7,736 nucleotides of DNA from a virus (Duplodnaviria; Heunggongvirae; Uroviricota; Caudoviricetes), in the IMG/VR virus record IMGVR_UViG_3300029762_000084; one strand, 5' to 3'. Made by a program: the position numbers and the translations under genes. Positions 7,698-7,736 of the stretch are shown here, in pieces. Position 1 is the first letter of the stretch, and each line of letters opens with the position of its first letter. Below the pieces are notes generated by a model. That model saw nothing but the letters and a program-made list of their open reading frames with translations. It did no database searches and was not told where the DNA came from.

Positions 7698-7736
7698 CTA
7701 TCTCCCGTGATTCAGGAAGTCGATTAGTTCTTCGCG
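7698..7736 (-). CDS. Probable 3' end of the preceding late gene (in P22 order this would be the gene before gene 7); truncated by the window edge
   Basis: Minus-strand frame is open from the window edge to a TAG stop at 7698-7700 (translation ...REELIDFLNHGR*), two nucleotides before the gp7-like ATG. That is only 12 codons, so coding status is inferred from operon packing alone. Confidence 0.3.
   Translation of the reverse strand, partial: REELIDFLNHGR

Noticed and set aside
1-7736. CRISPR arrays, tRNA/rRNA genes, IS elements or transposases
   Set aside because: No regularly spaced repeats, no tRNA-like T-loop or acceptor features, and no transposase-like ORFs were seen. The whole window is accounted for by phage genes and short spacers.

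Overview
This window reads as the tailspike / immunity-I / DNA-ejection end of a P22-like temperate podovirus, probably from an enterobacterial host. From left to right: the 3' part of a tyrosine-recombinase integrase (+), a convergent tailspike gene (-) with a conserved P22-type head-binding N-terminus and an AT-rich beta-helix-like receptor-binding portion, a divergent Mnt-like ribbon-helix-helix repressor (+), a lipoprotein gene of unknown function (+) in the position where P22 carries sieA, and three large minus-strand late genes whose order and sizes match P22 ejection proteins gp16, gp20 and gp7. All homology statements come from reading the translations and from recalled knowledge of P22; no database search was run. 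No rRNA, tRNA, CRISPR array or transposase was seen. The most likely places for something undescribed are the lipoprotein gene, the orphan Mnt-like repressor with no arc/ant partner, and the tailspike receptor-binding module.
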